NCBI GenBank assembly: GCA_026936335.1
Contig: JAPMXV010000032.1
Span: 248,001-312,000, forward strand
Length of the DNA: 64,000 nucleotides
Direction: 5' to 3'
Origin: Mantamonas sphyraenae STR306
Taxonomy: Eukaryota; Protista; CRuMs
Part shown: piece after piece, positions 23,501 to 33,941 of the stretch
How the letters are laid out: the number at the start of each line of letters is the position of its first letter
Numbering within the stretch: position 1 is the first letter of the stretch
Notes under the pieces: model-generated
What the model saw: the letters and a program-made list of their open reading frames with translations, nothing else
What the model was told of the DNA's origin: nothing
The model's database searches: none
Position numbers and translations under genes: made by a program

Positions 23501-25064
23501 GGCCGCCTGTGACACCTTTTTGTCTCCGCTGAGGCTGGCAATTTGCAATTCGTACTCGTGGTTGCGTCGTTCCAGCTCGCGCACGCGCTGCTGGCACTCT
23601 TCCAACTCCTGGTTGCTGCGAGTCAGCCTGTGGATCAGGTCGCTGGTTTCCGAGTGTTCGCTCTGCGTGCGCTGCTCGTACACGCGCAGCCTGTCCTTGG
23701 TCTGTTCCAACTCGCTGCGCAACGACTGCTTGTCCCGTTTGGCCTGCGCCAGCTCCGCTTCGCGTGCGTTCAGCCTGTCCAGGTTGGTGGAGATTTCGTT
23801 GGTGGCACTGCGTCGCATGGTCAGGTTGTCCGATTGCAGGTTGTGAAGGTTCACCTGCAGTTTCTTCAGCTCGTCAATCAGCTCCTCGTTCACCTTTTCC
23901 GCTTGCTTCAGCTTGTACTTGTACTGCCTGTTCTCGTTCTCCACATCCCGCAGCTTCTCGGCCACCAGGTCGCGGTCGTCCAGGTCCTCCTCCACATCGC
24001 CCAGCTGCGCGTACAGCGTCTCGATTTGCTGGTTCAGCTGATCGATGATCTTCTGGTTGGCCTCGTTCACGCTCTGCCAGTTCACCTTGGTCAGGTCGCG
24101 TCCACCACTCTCCAGCTGGTTGCTGATGCGCTCGATTTCCCGGTCTCGAGTTTCCACCTTGCTCTGCAGCTCGTCAATGGTCGCCAGCAGCTGCGCACGA
24201 TCGGCGCGCACCGCTGCCACCTCCCGTTGAAGATCCTGGTTGCGCGAATCTGCCACCTTGAGCAGGTCGCACACGTACGGGTCTGGCATTCTTGCCGCTA
24301 CGTTGCCTGGTTGGCCCAGATCCAGCGGCGCCGCCTCTTCGTCCAGGTCGATCTCTTGCCGCCGCCCTGGCAACAGCTTTTCCGCTCCCGACGGTGCTGT
24401 GGGGAGGAGGGGGGCGACACGGTGCGATGGCGTTAGTTGTTCTGTGTCCATGATTGCAGGTGTGCCGTGGCTCTCCCATGTGTGCGACAGACAACACAGG
24501 AGGCCCACGCGACCTGGGCTGCGCACTCGTCAACGGCCGTTTGTCGTCCGCCGCGAGCGCGCCAAAAAGTTTTTGGCGCGAGGCCCACGTACTGATGCCG
24601 ACAATCATGTTGCGCTCCAGCGCCTGCTCGAGCTTCTCTTTCAGATGATGGTTCTCCTGCTCCATCTGCTTGATCTTGTGTGTGTGCTGTGTGTTCAGGA
24701 ATTTGAGGTTTGAATGACCCACTTCCAGCTCCTTGTGTTTTTCGCGCGTCTTCTTGTTCTCCTCCTTGCGCTCCTCAGCCTCCCGGATCAACTCCAGGTG
24801 CAGTTGGTTGTTCTCTCGCGTCATTCGGTTGTTCTCCTTGCGCAGAGGCTCCACCTTGGCCTGCCAAATGGCCACCTCGTCCGACTTGCGACTCAGCTGG
24901 ATCTTCAGCTGCTTGTTGTTGTCTCTGGACTGGAGTAGGTCGTTCACCAACTGCTCCACCAAAGGCATGGACTTTGCACTCAGGGCACGCTTGTAATTCA
25001 GCGATTCCAGCTTCTTGCGAAGCACATGGAAACGCTTCTCGCCGAAATCCGTCCCGCTGCTCAT
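20540..25064 (-). CDS. CEP135: Centriolar coiled-coil protein CEP135/BLD10
   Basis: N-terminus LRKKLESLNY...PLVEQLVNDL and ENNQLHLELI; DPYVCDLLKVAD; DLTAMTKENQ; long coiled coil. Intron 24592-24397 with ACTAAC branch. Confidence 0.9.
24532..24580. promoter_or_regulatory. Candidate cell-cycle element in CEP135 intron 1: AACGG/CCGTT palindrome plus inverted pair of TTTTGGCGCG (E2F-like) sites
   Basis: AACGGCCGTT at 24532-24541 and CGCGCCAAAAA-G-TTTTTGGCGCG at 24558-24580 are seen directly. Function is inferred from similarity to known motifs. Confidence 0.5.
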
Positions 25065-25143
25065 GCTTCGCCGTTGGCTGCCCCGGCGCCTGGACACCTC
25101 ACACACTCAACCAAAGAGTGCATGCATGTGCTTCATTTACTGC

Positions 25144-26191
25144 TCACTTTCCCTTGCCCTTGCCCTTGCCCTTGCGGCTCCCAGAGTGACTCAGGCCAAA
25201 GTCAAAGCCGCTCAAATCGAGCTCAGTGACGCCTTCCCGCTCAGCTTCGTCCATAAACAGGGTTCCTGTGCGGTGCGGTGGCTGTTCCGGCTTCGGCTGT
25301 GCCTGACGCTTGCGATCTGCGTTTTCCTTTCGCTGCTCCTGCTTGCGGATCATGTCGCTCATCTGCTTCAGCAACTCCTCGTCCTCCTTGTCGTCATCCT
25401 CCTCATCATCGTCCTCGTTGCTGCCGCGGTTGCTGTTCCGGTTGCGATTGTTGCTGCTGCGGCTGCGGCTGCGGCTGCTGCGACTGCGGTCAGACTTGTA
25501 CTTGTCCTGAGTGTGCGTGCGCTTCCTGCGATGATCGTCGTCGTCGTCGTCGTCATCGTTGTCGTTGTCGTTGTTCACCTCGTCGTCCAACTCGTCATCG
25601 TCGTCGCTGCTGTGTCGTCGTCGCTGCTGTTTGCGCGCAGACTGCTCGCCCAGAAGCTGCTGCAGCTGTTCCACCTGTTTGGTGAGCAGACCGATGCGGT
25701 CGTCCTGCTGTTCGTCCTTCTTCTCTCCCTTTTCCAACTCCTCCTGAATGGTGACCGTCTTGGGCTTGCCAATGAGCTTCTCCGCACGTGCCATGGCAGC
25801 CTGCAGCGACGCATCTGCGTGGACGCTGGAGCTGAGCGTGTGTGTGTGGTAGTCGTCGTCATCGTCGTTGTGGCCGTGGTGATGTCCATGGTGGCCCATG
25901 TGGGCGTGGTACGAATCCACAGCGTCGTGCAACAGGTCATGCAGTGCCATGCCGTGTGCAAACACTCCCGGATGGTCCAGGTACTGGTCGAGCACGTACT
26001 CGGAGACGTGGTGCAGGTCATCTTCGCTCATGGGGTGTACACTGGTGCTCAAAACAAGTGCCTGAAGCTGACGCAGGGTCTCTTGGTACGCCTGACGGGT
26101 GTTGAGTGGCGCGGGAAGCTGACCAGGCAGCAGCGTGTGGCTGTTTCCGCCTGCGCCGAATCCGTACCCGTGCTCCACACCCAAACCCAAG

Positions 26192-26226
<35 letters not shown>

Positions 26227-27837
26227 GCCCATGCCTGCATACCCGCCTGCGTACGTGCCCATGCCACCTGCATACGGGAAGCCTACGCCGCCTGCACCTG
26301 CGCCGCCGGCCATGTACCCGAGACTGGCCATTTGCTGCTCGTAGGCAAAGTCCTCGTCCCCTGGCAGCGGGTACTGGTACACTTGGTAGGAGTGGTCGGC
26401 GCCAGCGTGGGTACCGCTGTAGGAAGACGCACCCCAGGGTTGATGTTGATGAGGTTGGTGAGGGTGAGGATGAGGCGACGACGACGACGACGAAGTGCCT
26501 CGCAGATGGGCATCCATGGTGGACGAAGGGGGACGCTGCAAGCGCACGTCCTGTCCTGTGCGTGCGTCCTCCCATCCCTCGAAACTGCCATGGCGAGCAT
26601 GGTACTGCTGGGTGTGGCGTTCGTGTCGCTGTTGGTCCCAAAAGTCGCGTGCCGTCTCATGCATGGGCGAATCGACATGGTCGTGCTTGCGAAACGACCC
26701 GTCACCGTGGTGGCGCGTCGATCCGGGCGACGATGCGCTCAGGCGAGAGGCAAAGCGCCCGTGGCGGCCGCCGCTGGGTGTCGTCAAGCCCGAGATGTCG
26801 TATCGGTCGTCACGGCGGTCCTGTGTGCCCCATCGGCCTCCATGTGCGGCGGAACGCCCATGCAAAAAGCTCCCGCTGTGTCCATGGGTGCGTCCGCCAA
26901 ATCGGCTGCCGGCCGATCCGTGCGGGTCGTGGCCGTCGACGTGGCCGAAGCGGCCGCCGAATCCGTCCGAGCGCGCTGCGTAACGGGAAAATTTGTGAAA
27001 GGTCACGTGGTCATCATCACGGCTCTGGCGCAACGGATTGTGCACATCCGAGGGTCCGTGTCCACTGTAACGGCGTGTGTGAGAACTGGTCTGGCTGTGG
27101 CGTGTGTCAAAGCGCGAGGAGGCGCCCTGAAAGCGGTTTTGACGAGGCGAGTTCTTGCGAGGCGAGTAAAGGCCCGGATTGCGTGAGGACGACGACATGG
27201 GCTCATGCGACCCCACATGGCCAAACCGACTGTACCCCGAGTCGTGGGTGTGCTGGTTGTCCCTTGCATGCGTGCTGTACGGCGACGTGTGGCCCGAGTG
27301 GCTGGTGTGCGAGCCACGGAAGCCGCTGTTGCGACGGTACGGATTGTCGCTTTCGCCGCTGCTGCCTTGCTGCTCGCGTTTCCACTCGTTGTACGAGCCG
27401 ATGTGCCCACCTGTGCCTGTGTGACTGCTCTCAAAGCCGCCCCGGTGCAGGTTGCTGCTGTTGCTGCTGCTGTTGCCGCTCTGGTGTTGATGTTGCTGGC
27501 TGTGCTGCTGAGTCGAGTGCTTTCGCTCGCCGCCAAAGGGGACGTGAAAAGCATTGCCATTTCCGCCGTGGGAGTGGCCGCTGCTCCCAGCATGAAGGCC
27601 ATACGGGTCACTGTGCTCACTGTGGTGTCGCGAGTGATCATGCAACGAGTCGTGACCGTGGCTGCTGTGTGACGAGTCATGGTGATGCTGGTGGTGCTGC
27701 TGCTCGTGACCGTACGCCGACGACGAGTCGTGGTGGTGATGGTGCTGCTGCTGTTGTTGATGTCCATGCCCATGTGTGTTGCTCCCGTCCAGACTACTGC
27801 GATGGCCGTAGCTGCTACGACGTGGACCCCAGCTCAT
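25144..27837 (-). CDS. His/Gly/Ser-rich intrinsically disordered protein of unknown function
   Basis: Intronless ORF of about 897 codons filling the space between ALG5 and CEP135. Poly-His, (GM)n, poly-D, (SR)n and (KG)n tracts. Confidence 0.65.
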
Positions 27838-27914
27838 GATGGAAAGTGGTTGGTTTTTGTTGCTGCTGCGTGCGGAGCTGCGATGCCTCAGCCCCTCTTC
27901 TCTCTCTGTCCCTC

Positions 27915-29348
27915 TCACGAACGGAAACGCCACAGGCCAAACAAGTACATGAGACGGATCTTGAGGATGTCAAGGGCCATGTGAACAGCATTGCGAAGGA
28001 GACTGTAAAGACCGGTGATGAGCTTGGAGCCGGGAATCTCCTGCCAATTGACGGGCACCTCGTGGACAGGCATGCCCTTGCACTGGGCCACAAAGAGCAA
28101 CTCGACGTCGAAGCTCCAACCGTTGACGTGCATGGACGGGTAGCACAGCTGTGCGACTTGCGAGTCATCAGCTTGAAGCCACACTGAGTGTCATGGATGC
28201 CCGACACACAGATGCGCACCAGGGCATTGAACACATACATCATCAGGTTGCGGTGCCACTTGCGCTGTGCCTTGGCCTTTTCCTTCAGGTGGTTGCGCGA
28301 CCCAACCACAACCCCCAGGCCCTCCTTTTCAAACTCCACCAGCACCTTCATCAGTCCGTCCAGGTCCGAGAAGCGAGTGGCTCCGTCGGCGTCGGCAAAC
28401 AGCAGATACTCACCGCGTGCACGCAGCGACCCCTGCGGGAAATGGCACGTGAATGCAGACAGAGTTGCGGCGAGTGTGAGTTGTGTGTGGAACGGCGGCA
28501 CAGCATCATCAATCAAGCCACCCGCACGCATGGTGGTGGGTGATCCACCTCTATGGCCGAGTGGCACACGTACCAATCGCACAGCGCCGCCTTTGCCTCG
28601 GTTGTGATGTAGGGTGAGCACGCGGATTTTGTCGGTGGTGTACTTGGCGGCGTGTTCCTGGCCGACCTGCGAGTCTTGTCCTTGCTGCCGTCGTCCACAA
28701 TGATGAGTTCGTAGGAGAAGTCCTTGTCCTCCTTGCACTTGCCCTCCAGATACTCCAGCGTCTCCTCGAGCATGATGGGCATGCGTTCCTGTGCAAAATG
28801 GGTCAAACGACGTGAGAGAGGGGGTCCGGTTGCCAAAAGTCCACACCTCGTCTCCTACCTCTTCATTGTACGCAGGAATCACCACAGAGAGTGTCTTGGT
28901 GGCCTCGTCTGTGGGCACAGGGCACGCAGGAGGGGCAGGGACAGCGTAAGCGACGGTTGCGTGGGACGGCAAGCGGTGGCAAGGGGTGGACGTGGCACCA
29001 GACGAAACGCACCGTCGAGCAACGAGGCAAACGCGACCTTCTCCTTGCTCACAGGATCGGTGAAGAAGCGCTCGCTCTCGTACAGAGGCTCCGGGTCATT
29101 CTGACGCATCGCCCAGCGCACAAACAAGAGCTGTGGGGTCGGTGTGGACGTGGAGACCGCGCAGGTGAGCAAAAATGACGGTTCTTCCACGTCAGATCTC
29201 GTCGTTCGTGGTTTCGGGGGCTGGATTAGCTGCGCACACACACGGTTGCTTTTCAACATACCACCACCAACCCCAGCAGGGCCATTTCAAGAGGAAAGAA
29301 CTCTGCCGGCACCAGTGCTCTGTACATTCTCAGCAGGTCATCCATCAT
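27915..29348 (-). CDS. ALG5: Dolichyl-phosphate beta-glucosyltransferase (GT2)
   Basis: Introns 29261-29131, 29012-28909, 28858-28789 and 28573-28433. Motifs SVVIPAYNEE, IVDDGSKD, NRGKGGAV, FADADGAT, DTQCGFKL, WSFDVELL, WQEIPGSK. Two -1 frameshifts, near 28670 and near 28157. Confidence 0.88.
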
Positions 29349-29385
29349 CGTCTCCTGTCTCCTGTTCCGCGCGAGTTGTCCTGCC

Positions 29386-31913
29386 TCACCATCGCCCGCC
29401 GTGGTACACACCATACTGCTCATCCTCATCCGAGTCCCCAAAGTCATACTGCATCCCTGGTGGGATGACGTCGGCCCCCGCATGGGCGTACCCAAACGAA
29501 TCACTGCTACTGGCTCGAGATTGCCACGAGCCTCGTCGCCTGCTTACCCTGTGCGTCGGCTCCATGTCATACGGAGAACCGGCTGGTAATCTGTAGTTAC
29601 GCAGCCGCTGCTGCTGCTGCATGTGCTCCAAGTACTGCTGCTGCTGCTGCTGCTGACGCTGCTGTTGCTCCTGCCGCCTTCTCCTCAGTGCCACCGGTGT
29701 CTGCGGCCTGCCACGCGAATGTGACCGCGACCGTGACCGCGACCGCGACCGCCCACGTGAACGGGATCGCGATCGTCCTCGGCCACGCCACGCCAACTCC
29801 TCGTCGTCCAACACATCGTCGTCGTCGTCGTCGTCGTCGAGGAGATCGTCGTACGCGTCATGCGGAGGCGGTGGCGGTGGCGGCGAGTCGTCCCACGAGG
29901 ATGTGCGCGACGAGAGGCTGGAGCGACGGCGATGCGGCTGCGGCTGAGAGTGCGTCTGCAATTGGCCATGAGAATGCATCTGCTGCATCATGACACCAGT
30001 ACCACTGTCTCTCCTCCTGTTGTTGCTTGCACGTCGCAGATCCATCATCAAATCCATTGTCTGCGGCGACCCGTGGCCCTGACTGCTGGCCACTGAGCCC
30101 ACAGAGCGACGTCGGTGCGGCGTGGCCGGCCTTGTGCGTGTGTACGGCGACGGCGACGGCGACGGCGTCGCTCGGATGCCAATGTGGTGATGCCTCGGCG
30201 GAGACACAAAGTCCCCGGCCAATCCAGCACCGCCCAGTGCTGACTCATCCTCATCTTCGTCGTCGTCCAACAGAGGCGGCGGTGGAGGCGGCGCAGCAAT
30301 CGCACTCAGCGACCCGGGCGCCGAATAGCACATCTTTTTGCGCGCCGATGCGGACAGGGGCGTGTGTGCGTGCCGCGACCGACTTTGGCTGCGATCGCGT
30401 CCACCGCTTGTGCCCGTTGCCATCCCAGCTGCCCGTGAGCTTGCACGTGGCGGCGGCGAAGGCGGCGGCGAAGGCGGCAAGCTGTCCTCCTCCTCCGAAT
30501 CCGACTCTCGCGTCAGAATGCGCGTCACGCGCTGCTTGCCCGAGCCGTGGCTGAGAGCGAGTGCAGTTTTGTCCGCGCCGACGGTGCCGCCTGCAGGCGG
30601 AGCACCCTCGGCTGTGGCAGAGGCCTGGGAGGCGCGGCGTTCGCGTGTCTTTCGCCGCCAGCGGTTGAGGACCATGACACTGGCCATGGTGTTGTCCATC
30701 TTCTTGCTGGGTTTGAGGGAACCAAACGTGCCGAAGCTCTCCGGCGTGTATGCACTGAGTGTGCGGTTGCCCATGCGGCGATGGAAGCGACGCTTGTTGT
30801 ACCACCAGCCCAGCTTGCCCAGACTCAGTGTGATCGTCGTCCACAACGCACCCCACGAGCCAAAGAGATCAAACACAGTCTGGACCTGATGCACCTCCAG
30901 CAGCTGCGTGTCTGCCAGACGCAACACAAAGCGCACCAGCACCCCGCTGTCGCCCACATTGCCCACACGCGTCTGCACGTCGCTCAACTCCGTCTCGTTG
31001 GACGACGAGCCATCGATGAGCCAGCGTGCCTTGCGTTGCACATTCTTGTGTTGCACCGTCAGCACTGTGGTGGCAAGCAGGGCTGAGTTGTCCAACACCT
31101 CGGCTTCCACAACCCGTTCCTGCTGCGCACCCAGCTGCACCGCAAGGAACACACGCGTACGGTTCCATGTCACTCGGTTGCCAGCCATGGGCAGCAGTTC
31201 AATGCGCACCGAGCGCTGTTTGTGTGCAAACTGCGACCCCTGCAGCGACACTGCGCTCGCGTTCACACACGTCCCATTGTGCAGCTGCCCCTGCAGACTG
31301 CAACCATACGAATCCAATTCTGTCTCGCTTCGGTTCCCGTGCGCATACTGTGCATCCCATTCCGTGTTCTGCGTGCGGTGTTCCACCTGTGTGAGTCGTC
31401 CGGATTGTTGTTTTTTTGAACTCGTGGCCGTTCGAAAAAAAGGCGCGCGCTCACCTCTTGCACAATGCGCCATTGCGCTGCACTCGGCGGTTGTGTAAAC
31501 ACGCCGATGCGACCCTGGAGCGGCACATGCACCGATTCGTCCAGGGGCGTGGAGCTCTGCATGATGTTGGGCACCATGTCGAGGTAGCGGTCGGCGCTGG
31601 TGACAAGGTACAAGGCAATCACACCCAGCGCCAGCAGCGACAACACCGTTCCTTGCAGACTGCGATACGTGTGGTACTTGTACTCGGGAACATAGCCAAA
31701 CAGATCCAGATACTTCAGCGAGCGACGCTTGGCATACTTGCGTTTCAGCCGCGCCCCCTTTCGACGAGCCTCGTGGAAGCTGCGACGCGACTCGGTGCTT
31801 GCTCGTCCCGACGCCGATGTGTCCTCAGCTGCCGCCTGGCCGTAGCGAGTGTTTGTCACTGCCGTTTCGCCCAAGTGGTTCACCTGCTGCGCTGGAGGGG
31901 GCTCGCGCGGCAT
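29386..31913 (-). CDS. Two-TM membrane protein with ectodomain (DEG/ENaC/PAC-like topology) and long disordered C-tail
   Basis: Intron 31454-31387. LKYLDLFG...RSLQG precedes TM1; about 200-aa loop with a Cys pair and LQGSQF; TM2 VFDLFGSWGALWTTITLSLGKLGWWYN. Confidence 0.55.
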
Positions 31914-31993
31914 GATTGGAGAAAATGGTTTGCTTCGGGGAGCGGGTGTCGCACAGCACAGGCGAATGCAGAGAGAGGGGAAGTGGATGTTGC

Positions 31994-31995
<2 letters not shown>

Positions 31996-32024
<29 letters not shown>
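31996..32024 (+). repeat. (GA)n microsatellite in a divergent intergenic region
   Basis: Directly visible. Confidence 0.95.
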
Positions 32025-32028
<4 letters not shown>

Positions 32029-32099
32029 AGGTAAGGTGCAGGGGGTGATGGGATGGGGAAGTGTGGTTGGTGGATGCGCTGGTGCGGCCAGAACGGCGG

Positions 32100-33656
32100 A
32101 TGAAGCCCATCAAGATTGGCAATGGGCAAAAGCTGCTGACCCTGGCAGAGTTTGAAAAGGTGGAGACGGAGAATGTGTCGGGCAAAGAAATCACAGTGCT
32201 GACCGCAGGTGGACATAGGTACATGTCAGGGAAGGACACAGCCAAGGCAAGTGGTCGGGAAACATTCAACCTGTACCGCTCGCTGATCTCCAACAACATT
32301 GTGGTGGCCAAGACGGCCGAGGATCTGACGGAGATGATCTGCAACAAGATGGGTCTGCACAAGAGGCAACGCACAATGACATTTGTGCCCATGAAGGCGA
32401 CGCTGAAGTATCTGAGGGCCAGCAACAAGAAGTTGCTCGAGCGGCGCAAGAAGCAAGAACAGCTGGAAGCGGAAAGGGAGGCCAAGGTGCGGCCATCACG
32501 ACGCACAAATGATGGAGAGGATGAGTATGAAAGCAAAGAGGACAAGGAGGAGGAAGAGGATGGGGAAGAAGAACAGCCCAGGCGTGGGCGACGCCCGCGG
32601 TCGACGCGCACGCAACGAAAGATCATCGTGGAGGAAGAGGAGGACGACGAAGAGGAAGAGGAAGAGGAACGGGAACGGGAACGTGTGGCCGTGGTGCCAA
32701 AGAGGGCAGTCGAGCAGGAGAGGGTGGTCAATGAGGAGGAGCAGGAGATTGTGTCGCAGCAAGAGATGGAAACGGAGGCCGTGGTGGAAGACCGCGACAA
32801 CGAGGAATCAGCACATCAGCAGGCTCGCACGGACCAAAGGCCAGCCAAGGAGAGAGCGGAGGAACGGATGCAGGAGCTGAAGAAACTGCTAAAGTTGAAG
32901 AGCACATATTCGTCGCCGCGGCTGCTGGAAATGATGAATATGCACATTGGTTCGAAGGAGGTGAAGAAACGGGTTGTGGCAGAACGACTCGCCCGACTGC
33001 GCCGGCTGCGCTTGATTGCCGAAAACAAGGAGCAGCTTGCGGCACAAAGGAAACAAGAGATGGAAGAGACATCATCGTCATCATCGTCATCATCGTCATC
33101 ATCGTCGTCGTCATCTTCTTCGGTGAGCGGAAGGCGGCGGCGGCGCAAAGGGGCTGGCACGCCGCAGCGGGCATGTGAGCAGAACCACGCCGAGGCGTGG
33201 GTGGCTCCTGTGCACGCAACCACCAACGAGTTGACACACGGGCCCGTGCTGATCAAGCAGGCTCAACGCATCGGACGCTGGCAGCGCAAGCAAGTGCGTG
33301 TGCGACAGGCTCAGTCCGTTCCGGGCGAACAGGGCCCGTCCGACGCAGGGACGTACATACCCACTGCGCGTGGCGCCAAACGCTTGCGTGGCTGGTGGAG
33401 CTGGGCTGACGATCCTCTCGAGCCACTGGAGCGCGAAGCCTTGGTCAACGACCAGCGTTTCGATGGCTTCTTCAACTACGATTTCACGCCCGACACTGAC
33501 TACGAGGACCTGGATTTTGCTGACCCGTACGGCTATGACCCTCAGTACGCGTGGGGTGAAGTCATGGATGTTTGGCAGCTCGAGCTCAAGCGGTTGATGC
33601 AGGCCAAACGCCAGCGCGTTGCAGAGGATGACAGCGACATGCCACAGGGGAAATGA
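32100..33656 (+). CDS. Putative nuclear/DNA-binding protein (compact N-terminal domain plus charged low-complexity regions)
   Basis: About 105-aa globular-looking N-terminal domain (GHRYMSGKDTAKASGRETFNLYRSL...MTFVP), basic NLS-like tracts and poly-E. Family assignment uncertain. Confidence 0.55.
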   Translation: MKPIKIGNGQKLLTLAEFEKVETENVSGKEITVLTAGGHRYMSGKDTAKASGRETFNLYRSLISNNIVVAKTAEDLTEMICNKMGLHKRQRTMTFVPMKATLKYLRASNKKLLERRKKQEQLEAEREAKVRPSRRTNDGEDEYESKEDKEEEEDGEEEQPRRGRRPRSTRTQRKIIVEEEEDDEEEEEEERERERVAVVPKRAVEQERVVNEEEQEIVSQQEMETEAVVEDRDNEESAHQQARTDQRPAKERAEERMQELKKLLKLKSTYSSPRLLEMMNMHIGSKEVKKRVVAERLARLRRLRLIAENKEQLAAQRKQEMEETSSSSSSSSSSSSSSSSSVSGRRRRRKGAGTPQRACEQNHAEAWVAPVHATTNELTHGPVLIKQAQRIGRWQRKQVRVRQAQSVPGEQGPSDAGTYIPTARGAKRLRGWWSWADDPLEPLEREALVNDQRFDGFFNYDFTPDTDYEDLDFADPYGYDPQYAWGEVMDVWQLELKRLMQAKRQRVAEDDSDMPQGK

Positions 33657-33757
33657 ACAAAATGCACACAATGACAATGACACACACAAAAGGCACACCA
33701 GCACAACTGAATGTAGCCGATGGGCGGAATTCATGGATCGCGGGGCAAAAAGAAAAT

Positions 33758-33829
33758 TGGACGCGCAGGGAATCGAACCCCGGACCTGACCCATGCTAAG
33801 GGTCCGTGCTACCACTGTACCACGCGCCC
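33758..33829 (-). tRNA. tRNA-Ala(AGC)
   Basis: Cloverleaf: acceptor GGGCGCG/CGCGTCC with G3:U70, anticodon arm GACCC-TTAGCAT-GGGTC, T-loop GGTTCGATTCC. Downstream T-tracts at 33756-33747. Confidence 0.97.
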
Positions 33830-33941
33830 AGATCCACTACTGCAAGTGCATTTGCACAATAGAGACCGAGTGGCAGCCTCTGCTTGTTGCATCTACGCGA
33901 CCAAGGCTTGAACGGAATTGCATTCTTTCGTCGCCTCAACA

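Noticed and set aside
33758-33829. Suppressor or recoding tRNA (TTA/TAG visible in the anticodon loop)
   Set aside because: The 7-nt loop TTAGCAT centres on AGC and G3:U70 specifies Ala, so it is an ordinary tRNA-Ala.
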